From positions 2,294,001 to 2,346,755 of the forward strand of contig NC_079240.1 in NCBI RefSeq assembly GCF_027921745.1: a DNA stretch of 52,755 bases, in the 5' to 3' direction. The position numbers and the translations under genes are program-made. The DNA comes from Schizosaccharomyces osmophilus. Its lineage: Eukaryota. Under the pieces are notes generated by a model. That model was given only the letters and a program-made list of their open reading frames with translations. It was not told the origin of the DNA and searched no databases. Of the stretch, positions 1 through 11,304 are shown one piece after another (within the stretch, counting starts at the first letter, position 1; every line of letters starts with the position of its first letter).

Positions 1-581
1 GCTGCTCAAATCCTCATCCACATGGCCAGGCCTGGGGTTTGGATTCTATTCCGACAAATGTTAGCGAAGAAATAAAAAATATGACAAAGTATATAGAGTC
101 CTACGGTACGCACTTGCTTGGCGACTATGTCAAACTCGAAATGGAAGAAAGACAAAGAATTGTCCTTGAAAATGATTCTTTCATTGCACTAGTCCCTTAT
201 TGGGCTTTATGGCCTTTTGAAACTTTGTTAATTTCAAAAGAACATTTGCATTCGTTGATGGATTTTAAAGAAAAGCATGTTCAAGATTTGGCTATTATCA
301 TGAAACAATTAACTACAAAGTACGATAATTTGTTTTGTACAAGCTTTCCCTATTCAATGGGAGTTCATCAAGCTCCTCTTTACGGCTCCCAAGATGAGTG
401 CAACAACTCTTGGTTTCATATGCACTTTTACCCTCCGTTGCTGAGATCTGCTTCAGTAAAAAAGTTTTGTGTCGGCTTTGAAATGTTAGGCGAAGCCCAA
501 AGAGACCTGACTAGTGAACAAGCCGCTGCACGTTTGCAGGCACTCGATTGTGAAAAGCATTACCTTGATACCCTGGGCTAA
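1..581 (+). CDS. gal7: Galactose-1-phosphate uridylyltransferase, 5'-truncated by the window edge
   Basis: The frame from base 3 reads CSNPHPHGQAWGLDSIP (catalytic HPH motif), then VPYWALWPFET, FPYSMGVHQAP, HMHFYPPLLRSASVKKFCVGFEMLGEAQRDLTSEQAA. Stop at 579-581. The TTG start at 39 in the ORF track is not the real start. Confidence 0.97.
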   Translation, partial: CSNPHPHGQAWGLDSIPTNVSEEIKNMTKYIESYGTHLLGDYVKLEMEERQRIVLENDSFIALVPYWALWPFETLLISKEHLHSLMDFKEKHVQDLAIIMKQLTTKYDNLFCTSFPYSMGVHQAPLYGSQDECNNSWFHMHFYPPLLRSASVKKFCVGFEMLGEAQRDLTSEQAAARLQALDCEKHYLDTLG

Positions 582-784
582 AAGTTGAAATTTCCAAACG
601 TCGAATATTTAATGATAATCTTATGTTTTCATTCCAGTTTTACCATGTCCCAATTCATTGCCATCGACGAATAGAACTTGAACGAGTTTTAAGTATCAAT
701 CCGATCCTCGAAGACAAACATCAGTACCTTCGCTAATATTTACCTTATCCATTCCGAATTTTTTCGAATGTTTTTTAGCGTACA

Positions 785-959
785 TTAGTAATTTCGTACG
801 GATTATTAATATTTTTTACGCTGACAAATACAGTTAGTAAGCCAACACCAAAACTTTGTTAACCGAAAACATATAAATTCAAGGGAAAGAAGCAACTCTC
901 ATTACTTAAGAATCTCGACAAACCTGCTAAGAAACCTTGTATTATACACTCTTTAGTAA
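785..959 (+). promoter_or_regulatory. OYE promoter with three AP-1 (Pap1/Yap1-type) TTAGTAA sites and a TATA-like element
   Basis: TTAGTAA (reverse complement TTACTAA) at 785-791, 834-840 and 953-959. ATATAAAT at ~871-878. Confidence 0.55.
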
Positions 960-962
960 ACA

Positions 963-2174
963 ATGACTGCCGGATTGGAACAAACAAATTTGTTTAAACC
1001 AATTACTGTTGGTAAACATACACTAGATCAGAGGATAGCTTTTGCTCCTACAACAAGATTCCGTGCTGCTGATGACCATACTCCAAGTGATTTGATGTTA
1101 CAATATTATTCCGACAGAGCACAAACTCCTGGTACTTTGCTCATTTCAGAAGCCACATTCATTTCGCCTCGCTCTGGATTATACCCTAATATTCCCGGTA
1201 TTTGGAACGAGAAACATGTTCAAGGATGGAAGAAAATTACAGACGCAGTACATGCAAAGGGTAGTTTAATAGCAAGCCAATTTTGGTTTTTGGGTAGAGT
1301 CGGATCCCCAGAACTTTTGAAAAAACATGGTTTGGATTTGATTTCTCCTTCTCCTTTCTATGAAAGCGAACAATCCAAGAAGACTGCCGAAGCTGCTGGC
1401 AATCCTGTTAGAGCATTAACCGAAGAAGAAATCAAGAGTATCATTTATGAAGATTACAAGAACGCAGCCATCAATGCCATAAACGCTGGATTTGATTATG
1501 TCGAAATTCACAGTGCTCATGGATACATGCTTGACCAATTCTTACAACCTGCTACCAACCAAAGAACAGACAGCTATGGTGGTTCTATTGAAAAGCGTGC
1601 AAGAATCGTGCTTGAAATTATTGATCTTTTGAGTGACACCATTGGCGCCGAGAAACTTGCAATTCGATTATCGCCTTGGGCCAAATTCCAAGGAATGAAG
1701 GCTGAGAAAGATTCGGTGCATCCCGTCACCACTTTTAGTTATGTGGTGAATGAGCTTCAAAAGCGTGCTAACAATGGTAAGCAGCTTGCTTATCTTTCCC
1801 TCGTGGAACCTAGAGTGCAAGGAAACTTGGATGTTAACACCTCTGACGTTGTTGGTTCCAATGAGTTTGTCAAGTCTTTATGGAAGGGAGCTATTTTGCA
1901 AAGTGGTAATTATACCTATGACAGTCCTGAATTCAAGTTATTGAAGGCGGATGTTGATGGCGACGACCGTACTATGATTGGTTTTTCAAGATACTTTACA
2001 TCCAATCCGGATTTGGTTGAAAGATTGAAGAAAGGTCTTGAGCTCACTCCTTACGTTCGTTCTTTGTTTTATGCCTCTCATAACTACGGCTACAACACAT
2101 TCCCCAATTATGGTAAGGAGCTGCATTACGACCCTAAAGCAGAAGAAAAGAAACGCCCTGTTTCATTAGTCTAG
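963..2174 (+). CDS. Old Yellow Enzyme family NADPH dehydrogenase / ene-reductase (SPAC5H10.04-like)
   Basis: 403 aa. Motifs LFKPITVG, APTTRFRA, GFDYVEIHSAHGYMLDQF, NQRTDSYGGSIEKRAR, IRLSPW, GFSRYFTSNPDLV. Confidence 0.95.
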   Translation: MTAGLEQTNLFKPITVGKHTLDQRIAFAPTTRFRAADDHTPSDLMLQYYSDRAQTPGTLLISEATFISPRSGLYPNIPGIWNEKHVQGWKKITDAVHAKGSLIASQFWFLGRVGSPELLKKHGLDLISPSPFYESEQSKKTAEAAGNPVRALTEEEIKSIIYEDYKNAAINAINAGFDYVEIHSAHGYMLDQFLQPATNQRTDSYGGSIEKRARIVLEIIDLLSDTIGAEKLAIRLSPWAKFQGMKAEKDSVHPVTTFSYVVNELQKRANNGKQLAYLSLVEPRVQGNLDVNTSDVVGSNEFVKSLWKGAILQSGNYTYDSPEFKLLKADVDGDDRTMIGFSRYFTSNPDLVERLKKGLELTPYVRSLFYASHNYGYNTFPNYGKELHYDPKAEEKKRPVSLV

Positions 2175-3407
2175 ATTTTCGCTACAAGCTTTGAAACTAA
2201 GGTTGCTTAATGCCGTTTTTGGAAAAGAGAAATGTATTCGGTTTGGTTAGACTATTATTTGATTAGTAGTGCTTTTATTGTTTTACTAAGATTGAAATGT
2301 ATATCCGTTATTTTTGATGCACAAATCCAGCAAAGGATAGTATTGTTTGTGTATATTTTAAGACGTTGGTTTGGTACTTTAATAAATGGAGTAGACGTTG
2401 CTTCGTTTTTCCCATAAAATAGTTTTGAGTATGAATATGTATATGGTCAAGCATATTAGCAAATGTACCAGTGATAATTTTGGAAAATAGGCAATAAAAA
2501 ATGAATTGTTTAAGATGTTCATTCTATGGCAACTGTATTATCTTCCACAAAATCTTTGGTTTAGTGTTTAATGCTTGCTAACTTTATGAAGATGAAAAAA
2601 AGGCACGTTGGATTCGCTTAAGATTTATAATACCAAATTTTATACCCTCATTCAAAATTTCCATTACTTGTGGGACTACTACGCACATACTATACTAACG
2701 CCTTGGCTATAGAAACGACCAGACGGTGTACATATTCAAATTAATTTCACGTTCGTAAATTCTCACAAAAATGCGAGTACAAGTATCAAAGGTGTATATT
2801 CAAATTTTGTAGCTATACAGTAATATAAAATTAGCAAGGAAATAGCGAATTGTTTCACACCCAGGATTTTGCGCTGTATAAGTATGAGACTGAGTGGTTT
2901 TGAAGGTTGAATGATCTATATTTGTATAAATTAGGATCTATTTAGTATGTGCTTTGAGAATTTTCAGGGTCCAGCGACTTAAGTAGCCAAATAGACAACA
3001 ACTAAATTTATTAAGCCCCGATCAGTCGAATCTTCCAACCTGAAAACTCGTACTTTCAACTGGAGATAAAAACATCTTCTAAAGTACATTTCTCTGTAAA
3101 AACTCTCATTGTTTACAATTTGTAATAGAGGGACTCTTTTGTATTATGATAGTAGAATATTTCGGTCTTGATAAGTGATACCATCTAACTTCAATACTGA
3201 ATGTTATCTGGGACCTCCTCAAGTAAAAGTCCAAAAATGCGAAATTCCAGCCATTCACGGCGACACTTTCAAATCAACTAAAATGTAAAGTTAAGATTAT
3301 TGAAATTACATCACGAATAATCAAAGGCTTTTTTACTATATATTGATGTGATTGAACTTGACACTCTCCTTTTCCTTCTCAGCAATATCCTAACTCATTC
3401 GTTTATA

Positions 3408-4898
3408 ATGTCAGAAGGACTGTTCCAAAAACTACCACTTCCAGACGGTGGTACAGTCAGACAACCGGTCGGACTGTACATTGATGGTCAGTGGATAAAA
3501 TCCAGAGAAGTACTTGAAACAGTGGATCCTGCCACCGAAGAAGTTATTACAAAGGTCTATTTAGCTGGTACCGAAGAGGTCGATCTTGCAGTTAAAGCAG
3601 CAAGAAATGCTTTTAAAAACTGGAGGAAGGTTCACGGTTCCGAACGGGGTTCATTATTGATGAAGTTAGCAGATGCCGCTGAAAAGCATATTGATACACT
3701 ATCCGCCATTGAAGCAATGGATTCAGGGAAACCAAAAGATTCCAACGCCCGTGGCGATGTGGAGGGAACTATAGCTTTACTTCGGTATTGCGCCGGATGG
3801 GCTGACAAAATCTATGGGTCTGTCATCCCGACAGGCTCCGAAAAACTTGCGTATTCAAAAAGATTGCCAATTGGTGTTTGTGGTCAAATTGTTCCATGGA
3901 ACTATCCATTGAATATGGCAGGATGGAAGATTGCTCCGGCTTTAGCCGCTGGTAACTGTATCATCATTAAATCCGCTGAAACTACCCCCCTTTCATTATT
4001 ATACTTTGCTCAGTTAGTTGACAAAGTTGGATTCCCCAAAGGTGTAGTGAATATTATTAGCGGACTGGGTAAAGTTGCTGGATCACACATTGCTTCTCAC
4101 CCAGGAATCGATAAAATTGCATTTACTGGATCAACAGAGATTGGCAGTACTATACAAAAACTGGCTTCTTCCAATTTAAAAACAGTAACACTTGAATGTG
4201 GTGGAAAATCCCCGTTCATTGTTTTTGAAGATGCTGATATTGAGCAGGCTGTTAAGTGGGCTGCTGTAGGCATCGTATTTAACAGCGGTCAAATTTGTAC
4301 GGGAAACTCTAGAATCTATGTACAAGAAAAGGTATATGAAAAGTTTTTGGAAAAATTCAAAGATCATGTTTTGGCAGACTATAAGCTTGGATCTCCATTT
4401 GATGAATCGACAGTTGTTGGACCTGTTGTCAACAAAGTTCAGTACGACCGAGTCCTTCATTACATCAATGTTGGTAAAAATGAAGGAGCTAGGGTGGTTT
4501 TAGGGAATGAACAGAATCCCTCAAAGAAAGGATACTTTATCCACCCAGTCATTTTCGCTGATTGTCATCAGGGAATGACGATTGTAAAAGACGAAATCTT
4601 TGGACCCGTTGTAGCTGTATCGAAATTTACTACGGAAGATGAAGTGCTAGAAAAAGCAAACGACAGTATATATGGATTGGCAGCGATGTGCTTTACTCAA
4701 AATCTCGAAAGAGCCCATCGCGTTAGTGACGAATTAGAGACTGGTATGGTATTCATTAATTCGGCAGAAAACAGTGATATACAAGCTCCCTTTGGAGGGG
4801 TTAAGATGAGCGGAATTGGCAGTGAATTAGGAGCACCAGGCATTGAAACGTACACTCATCTAAAAACTGTCCATTTAAACTTAAGTAACAAGCTTTAA
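3408..4898 (+). CDS. atd2: NAD(P)+ aldehyde dehydrogenase (SPAC922.07c-like)
   Basis: ATG at 3408 gives 496 aa (the track's start at 3348 is GTG). Motifs PWNYP, FTGST, LECGGKSP, NSGQIC (catalytic Cys), EIFGPV, PFGGVKMSG. Symbol from recalled similarity. Confidence 0.9.
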   Translation: MSEGLFQKLPLPDGGTVRQPVGLYIDGQWIKSREVLETVDPATEEVITKVYLAGTEEVDLAVKAARNAFKNWRKVHGSERGSLLMKLADAAEKHIDTLSAIEAMDSGKPKDSNARGDVEGTIALLRYCAGWADKIYGSVIPTGSEKLAYSKRLPIGVCGQIVPWNYPLNMAGWKIAPALAAGNCIIIKSAETTPLSLLYFAQLVDKVGFPKGVVNIISGLGKVAGSHIASHPGIDKIAFTGSTEIGSTIQKLASSNLKTVTLECGGKSPFIVFEDADIEQAVKWAAVGIVFNSGQICTGNSRIYVQEKVYEKFLEKFKDHVLADYKLGSPFDESTVVGPVVNKVQYDRVLHYINVGKNEGARVVLGNEQNPSKKGYFIHPVIFADCHQGMTIVKDEIFGPVVAVSKFTTEDEVLEKANDSIYGLAAMCFTQNLERAHRVSDELETGMVFINSAENSDIQAPFGGVKMSGIGSELGAPGIETYTHLKTVHLNLSNKL

Positions 4899-6354
4899 GT
4901 TTATGAATATGAATTTATAATAGCTACTACACTTGTTTCGATGTAAATTAACACGATGTTACTAGGCAAAACCTGAATGCAATTTTTATAATAACGCTAA
5001 TTTATACTGTTCAGAGAATGGCTTCAAGTTATCACCTAAAACATTATAGGAAAGCTACCTTGTGCTGGTATTGTTTGCAACAATTCCCATCTTGTTTTCC
5101 CATTATGACTGTCCTTTACTAAATTGGCCTGAGGGGTTATTTATAGGAACTGCATAGAGCCAAAAGGTGGAATATAATTCTGGCATTATTTATATGAGTA
5201 AGCCTTCCTGGCTAAGACGTTCAATTTCTTTTGCGTTTGAGTGGCTTGCCATAGACAATAAGACGAAAACGGCATTGTCAATTGCGAAAAGATACAATCA
5301 GAGCAGGCACAAATGACATGGATAGAATCTCAAAAAGGAAACGTAAATTTGGAAAATCTGTGAATTAATTAGGAAGGCGAGTCCAATGTACATCAATATT
5401 TTAACGCCTAATTTTTTAATCCGCGGAATGAGCAATAATATTTTATTAATCTTGGAACCGGATAAGTAAATTACATGCTCACTATTATTCATTTCGCCAC
5501 AGCAGTGTTTGTTGTCCATAACCGAATTACTGAATTTTCCCTATGTTTTCTGTTGATGATACTTTATTACTGCGACGATAACTCGAACTTACATTAGAAA
5601 AAGACTCTTACGGACCGTTTTAGCAAAAAAAAAAGGAAAAAGAAAAGAAAAAAGGGTTGTATAAGGAAAATTCGTTACACAAACAGGTACAATTTTATGT
5701 GAAACGCATAAATTGGTTTTCCAACACCGTTCTAAAAGGAATAGAAATTTTCGGTCACCTTATTCACACAAAACACAAGTAGTTTCGTATGGAACGAGAA
5801 TATAGGCAAGAAACTATTTAAGATTCAGCAGTCAGCAGTCAAAGTGGTTTTGGTTTCCAAAACGAAATTCTATCAATTAGAATATAGTTTTTATTTTTTT
5901 GCTAAAAGCTAGCCATCCGCAATTTACATTCTTGAAGCTGTATCAACGATAAGGAATCGAAGGAGTACGATTGTTTAAGAATTTATGGATCCTGATGTCA
6001 ACAAGAAAACATGCTTTGTTTGAGAATCCACAAGCTTCATGAGTAAGCTCGAGTTGATAGAATTCAGACTGAATTTGCTTCTTACCCAGCTTATAGTCAT
6101 AATTGAGTGTCAGGAAAATTCGACAATTACGTTTGTATTTCGCAATGATTTATTGTACTAACAGTCAATACAACTGCAATTTAAAATGACAACACTTGAG
6201 GAATTTTTTTATTCAATAATGATTTCATTGCTCTGAAATACCAGGAATTGAAAACTATATAATCTCAAGAGAAACTCCAGGTTTACCCATCAAAGTTAAT
6301 CGAAAGCTTAAAAGTCGTTGATTATCACTACCCTTTGTAACTATTTTATTAAAG

Positions 6355-6594
6355 ATGCCCAACCCTGGAAACGTTGCTGGAGGCTATAAAGCCGCTCTTC
6401 ATAACCCTAACGTGTCGGATGAAGCCAAAGAACACTCCAAGGAGGTTCTTGAGCACGAAGACTTCAGCACAAGCCCTACTCACGCTAAGAACCCTGGAAA
6501 CGTAGCAGGAGGCTATAAAGCTGCCCTCCATAATCCTCATGTTTCTGAAGAAACCAAGAAACACGATCAGGAAGTCCTCGAGGAATTGGAATAA
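6355..6594 (+). CDS. Con-6 family small hydrophilic stress/spore protein (SPAC11D3.01c-like)
   Basis: 79 aa with two NPGNVAGGYKAALHNP.VS repeats, 129 nt apart (6361 and 6490). TATATAA at ~6256. Confidence 0.9.
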   Translation: MPNPGNVAGGYKAALHNPNVSDEAKEHSKEVLEHEDFSTSPTHAKNPGNVAGGYKAALHNPHVSEETKKHDQEVLEELE

Positions 6595-7368
6595 AAAGCC
6601 AATTTCATACCCCTTGAACGTTTATTTGTAAAACGATTTATGATGAATTTCCGTGAATAACCAGATGATACTCTTGTATATCTATTATGTGCTAGCAATT
6701 TTGTTTTTTCAATGAAAAGATGTTTATGTTGTAACTTTTAAAAGGATTATGCATAGAAGCTATAAGTGTGTAACAATCTTGGAAAACTGCTTATTTGAAT
6801 ACTATTCAATTTACTTGTATTATACAAATGAACTTAGTAGCTGCACTTTCATATTTCTTGGACATACATAATCGGTGGAGATTGTAAAAGCGACATTTAC
6901 AAAGTCAAACAATTTTACTGAACTACAAGAAAGCTAGTTTCGTAAACTTGACATCAGATCATATATACTTTGATGGCAGCCACAGTGTTTTGGATATCTT
7001 TTTGCTTGGAACTTTTCAAACCGATTCAATCCATTCAGAAAAGCAGTATTAATTTGCCACAATACAATTTTCGAAATTTGCGTATGAAGGCGATTCATTA
7101 TGCCGTTTCCTGTAGAGTGCTCATCTGTGTAATTTCCTACATGCTTCCATCTGCACATTCGAGTGTTCATCTTTAATGGCGCAAGTTTTGCCATCACAGG
7201 CCTACGTTTTACCTCCGGAATTCGTGTGATGTAGGGCATGTCAATGGCTTTTAGCATTACGAAAATCCAAATCATTATGAGATGCATTGAATGACTTGAA
7301 CGAGAATATATATGTTCACTATCGTCTTTACATCGGTTTTCAACACTAAGCAATTATTTTCAATCAAT

Positions 7369-7722
7369 ATGCCCGACTTAGCACATCAAATTGCCGGCCA
7401 CAAGGCCGCCTTGCACAATCCTGTTGTTTCTGAAGAAGCCAAAGCAAGAGCTCAAGAATGGCTAGATAGCCATGGTGAAAATGCTCATTACACGACTGGT
7501 ACCACTCGTGGTTACAAAGCTGATCGAGACGACGAGGCTGAATTGAGAGAGGAAGGATTTCAGAGTACAGACCTTCATGAAGATGACGAAGCCCAGGCCA
7601 AAAATCTTGGAAACGTACGTGGTGGTTACAAAGCTGCCGCGCACAATAAAAGAAACACGAAAAGTGGAAGAGAGGCTGCTGAAAGATCATTACATGAAAT
7701 TGATGATGAAGCGAATGCTTAA
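7369..7722 (+). CDS. Con-6 family protein (SPAC869.09-like)
   Basis: Likely start MPDLAHQIAGHKAALHNP at 7369 (117 aa). Second repeat KNLGNVRGGYKAAAHN. An upstream in-frame ATG at 7312 is possible. Confidence 0.88.
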   Translation: MPDLAHQIAGHKAALHNPVVSEEAKARAQEWLDSHGENAHYTTGTTRGYKADRDDEAELREEGFQSTDLHEDDEAQAKNLGNVRGGYKAAAHNKRNTKSGREAAERSLHEIDDEANA

Positions 7723-8247
7723 AGTCGATTCCTCAATTGGACAATTCGGCAAAAAATCTGGTAGTATAAACTGTAACGAAACGAATCTAACCTTGAATTT
7801 TAATGAATGATTTTACGAAATACTTATAAAACATTTTGACGGATTTATCATATGAAATAGTATTGAATATGAAATCACTCAAAGTATCTAATTTTCAAAA
7901 AACAAAAAATTTTGCGAATGTGTAAACGTAGATTTTTAACATATATTTAAGAGGAAGAAACGAAACGATTTTTTTTGCTAGTAAGTATTCAAAAAGGAAT
8001 CACACTTGTTTCTTTCCAGTGAAAACGGAAACGAAAATAAGAAAGGGGTAGAGAGATGGAAAGAGAACAAATAATATAAATGCTAGCAGACAAAAAGCAC
8101 TTCAACGATAATTTGAGCAAACTTCGAAACAAAAGAAGAGGGGGGATAAATCATTAAAAACAATCATTAGCTAGTTACAAGTTAGGAAGGAGAAAAAGCA
8201 AGAGAACAGCGGGATATTTGGATGCTTGATTTTGATACAAAGGCTTA

Positions 8248-9894
8248 TTAAAAAATCCACATCCATATTTTATCAAGAAAGTTTTTCGGTTTTGGCAGAA
8301 TGTATCTACTTTCAACCTCTTCTGCTTCAGCCAAGCCACTAGTAATATCCAATTCATCGACCCTCTTGAACCATTTCCAGTTCTTCGTAAAAAGTTTATG
8401 ACCCAAGTACAAGGCCAAGAAAATGGGCAAGGTAATGTAAGCAGCAATGAAACCGGAGGCGGTGAAATCATGGCCAACAAAAACGGTAAAACCATTGGTG
8501 ATTGTAATTAGCGAAACAACGAAAAGGGTGATGTAGGCAGCATAGGGTTGGAAGGGAGCTCGGAAGGGCATCAGATTTAACATATTTTCCTTGATCATCG
8601 CCTTTCTGAAACGCAGATATGTGATGAGGATGCAAATCCAAGCGATGAAGCCAGAAATAGTAGAGAGATTGGTGAACCAGGTAAAGACCATGGCGGATGA
8701 GGAGGAGGCATTCAAGAAGGAAAGACAAGCAATGAGGATGGTGAACAAAACAGCGACATAAGGAACGCCCCATCGATTGCAGCGCTTGAAAATTTTGGGG
8801 GCTTGTCCTTCAACAGCAAGGGAATACAAGGAACGGGAACCAGCAAACAAAAAGGAATTACCGGAAGAGATCGAAGAAGTTAAAATGACAGCATTGATGA
8901 TGTGGTTCAAAATGGGGATTCCAGCATTTTGAATACCAATAACAAAAGGAGAAGCGCCGGCATTGCTAGAGCCTTTAGAGACAGCGCTCAACATTTGAGG
9001 GTCTTTGCTAGAAACGATGACACCGATGGCTAAGGTACCCAAAATGTAAAAGAAAGCCAAACGGTAGATGAATCTACTTGTAGCTTTTGGGATATTTCGA
9101 CGAGGAGCTTCAGTTTCACCGGAAGCAATAGTAATTAGTTCTGGAGAAAGAACAAAAGAGAAACCACTTTTAACAACAGCCATCCAAAAACCACAAAGAC
9201 GGCCAGGGCCACCGGTGACTAGATATTCACGGAAAGCCAAACCGTGTTTCCAGTATCGAAACCCTAAACGATCGTGTTTTGGAGTACCACCAAAAAAGAT
9301 GGCAATACTAAGGACAATCAAGCCGACGATGGTGACGACTTTAACGATTGCAAGCCAGAATTCAGTTTCACCATACCATTTGACGAGAAATGAATTGAGG
9401 AGGGTCAAGAGAAAAAGGACAATGGCAATCCAAGCGGCGGCCGGAACGGATTCGGTCCAATATTCAATGATAATTGCAGCAGCAGTAACTTCAGAAGCCA
9501 TGAGAAACACATAAGCATACCAGTAATTCCAACCAGTAGCAAAAGCCAAAGATTTATCGACAAAGCGGTCGATATAGAGGGGAGGAGAAGCACCGGCAAT
9601 AGGAAGATAAGTGTTCATTTCACCCAAGACGTTCATAACACACCAAATGACAAAAGACATAACAATGTATGCAAGAAATAAAGAAGCCGGCCCTGACTGA
9701 GCCAACGATTGTCCTGATCCAACGAAAAGACCCGTACCGATACAACCACCAAGAGCAATTAATTGTACATGTCTAGATTTTAAAGCTCTTTTTGTTTCAC
9801 CGAATTTTATATTGGAAACGGGAAGCACTTCCGCCCGAATGGGCTCCTCATAATCGGGCTTCACACTTCCTTTTTCAGAGTCTTTTTCAGTCAT
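8248..9894 (-). CDS. put4: APC/YAT-family amino acid permease, proline permease type (SPAC869.10c-like)
   Basis: Motifs LKSRHVQLIALGGCIGTGLFVGSG, GETEFW, GETEAPRRNIPKA, SPFVIGI; about 12 hydrophobic segments. Start at 9894 (MTEKDSEK) or the upstream ATG at 9954. Confidence 0.9.
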   Translation of the reverse strand: MTEKDSEKGSVKPDYEEPIRAEVLPVSNIKFGETKRALKSRHVQLIALGGCIGTGLFVGSGQSLAQSGPASLFLAYIVMSFVIWCVMNVLGEMNTYLPIAGASPPLYIDRFVDKSLAFATGWNYWYAYVFLMASEVTAAAIIIEYWTESVPAAAWIAIVLFLLTLLNSFLVKWYGETEFWLAIVKVVTIVGLIVLSIAIFFGGTPKHDRLGFRYWKHGLAFREYLVTGGPGRLCGFWMAVVKSGFSFVLSPELITIASGETEAPRRNIPKATSRFIYRLAFFYILGTLAIGVIVSSKDPQMLSAVSKGSSNAGASPFVIGIQNAGIPILNHIINAVILTSSISSGNSFLFAGSRSLYSLAVEGQAPKIFKRCNRWGVPYVAVLFTILIACLSFLNASSSSAMVFTWFTNLSTISGFIAWICILITYLRFRKAMIKENMLNLMPFRAPFQPYAAYITLFVVSLITITNGFTVFVGHDFTASGFIAAYITLPIFLALYLGHKLFTKNWKWFKRVDELDITSGLAEAEEVESRYILPKPKNFLDKIWMWIF

Positions 9895-10449
9895 TTTGAA
9901 CAAGGAGAGGGGAGGTATGTAGAAAGAAGAGAATCCACTTTTTCTTGAAAACATTGCTTGTCATATTCCTTTTATTTAACTACATACTTCATTGTACTCT
10001 GTTTATCTATTCTTGTCAAGGAGATACCAGCAATCTTGTCACTTTCCTAAGAACCACTAAAGGGCCTTGTTTTCATCATTCCGAAGCCTTGATTTGGTGA
10101 ACCGCAAATCATCACTTGTGCGGCGTCGTTTACTTTACATACACTCGGATAGATTAGTATTGGGACATCCCACCATGTTTATCAATCAGTCGGTAGGAAA
10201 AAAAATAAAATATATATATATCTGACTGACTCTTAGATATAGATATAGATGAAGAGATGCGATAAGATGTATGTGTATGGTTTGAAATATACTCGTTTGC
10301 GTTATATAATTGGAACGGTAGTACTATTCTGTTGGATCAGAAAGTAGGTAGAGGAAAAGAGAGAATGGAAGAAAACGTTGATTAGCCGAATTTCTTTTTA
10401 CAGAGGTATTTTTTATATAAATGGTAAAAGATTTATTCAGTTATTTTTC

Positions 10450-10550
10450 ATGCTATGCTATGCTATGCCAATCCTATCCTATCCTATCTTATCCTATCTT
10501 ATGCCAATCCAATCCTAGTTTAACTGGTTTCATCCTAGTTTAACTGATTT
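10450..10550 (+). repeat. Degenerate pentamer microsatellite (ATGCT/ATCCT/ATCTT) followed by a duplicated ATCCTAGTTTAACTG
   Basis: Read directly from the sequence, in the put4/gto1 divergent intergenic region. Confidence 0.8.
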
Positions 10551-11272
10551 CTCTCTTAAAGACTACGATAAGCGACAGCAGTTTTTTCTTTCTATCTGTT
10601 TTTCTTTTATCTCTACTTGATCCTTCTTGTTCTTGATGTGTAGATGCGTAGATGCTTCCTTTCTCATCCATACAATGCCTAGCTGAGTATCAACGTCCAA
10701 GGACAAGCAATGCCTGTCTAGACAAGACACACCCAAAAACCCAGTCTAGTAAGAACTCTATTGCATCTCTCAAAACCAATCTCATCCAGGTCCCGAAACT
10801 CTCTGTTTCTTTTTGACTTCGGCAAACCCAAACCCAAACCCAAACGATTTTGTTCAACCTACAGATCGGACTTTAAAGGATCAGTCGACTGATTAGATAG
10901 GGAGGGGTTCAATCACTTGAGGAATGATTTGGGTTTCAAATAAAATCAATGGAAACGAAGGTTAATGACGAATCCAACCATTAAATTTCATCCACCAACT
11001 CTAATAGAAACTGCGACCTAACCTTCTGATAACAAGCCTTTTGACATCATACCTGTAGCTTGCATGGGTAATGTTAATGATGGATGGAACCAAGCAAAGA
11101 ATACCATCTTCCCGCTTTCTCTACAAACGAAGAAACTGGTCTGGTCTTTCTGACTGATGGATGCCATGGCATGGCAGTTTTCATTCGTCATCTACGATTT
11201 CATCCTCCATAGTGGTGAATACCTTTACAACCTTGACTCGTTCTTCTTTCTAGTCACGTTCCTCTTTCTAGT

Positions 11273-11273
<1 letters not shown>

Positions 11274-11303
<30 letters not shown>
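11274..11303 (+). repeat. 30-nt poly(A) tract preceded by a 16-bp near-perfect direct repeat TTC(T/C)TCTTTCTAGTCA
   Basis: Repeat copies at 11241-11256 and 11259-11274. The A run continues to 11303. Confidence 0.85.

Positions 11304-11304
<1 letters not shown>

Noticed and set aside
6934..7353. 139-aa minus-strand ORF between the Con-6 genes
   Set aside because: TTG start, no recognisable motif, and it overlaps the promoter of the second Con-6 gene.
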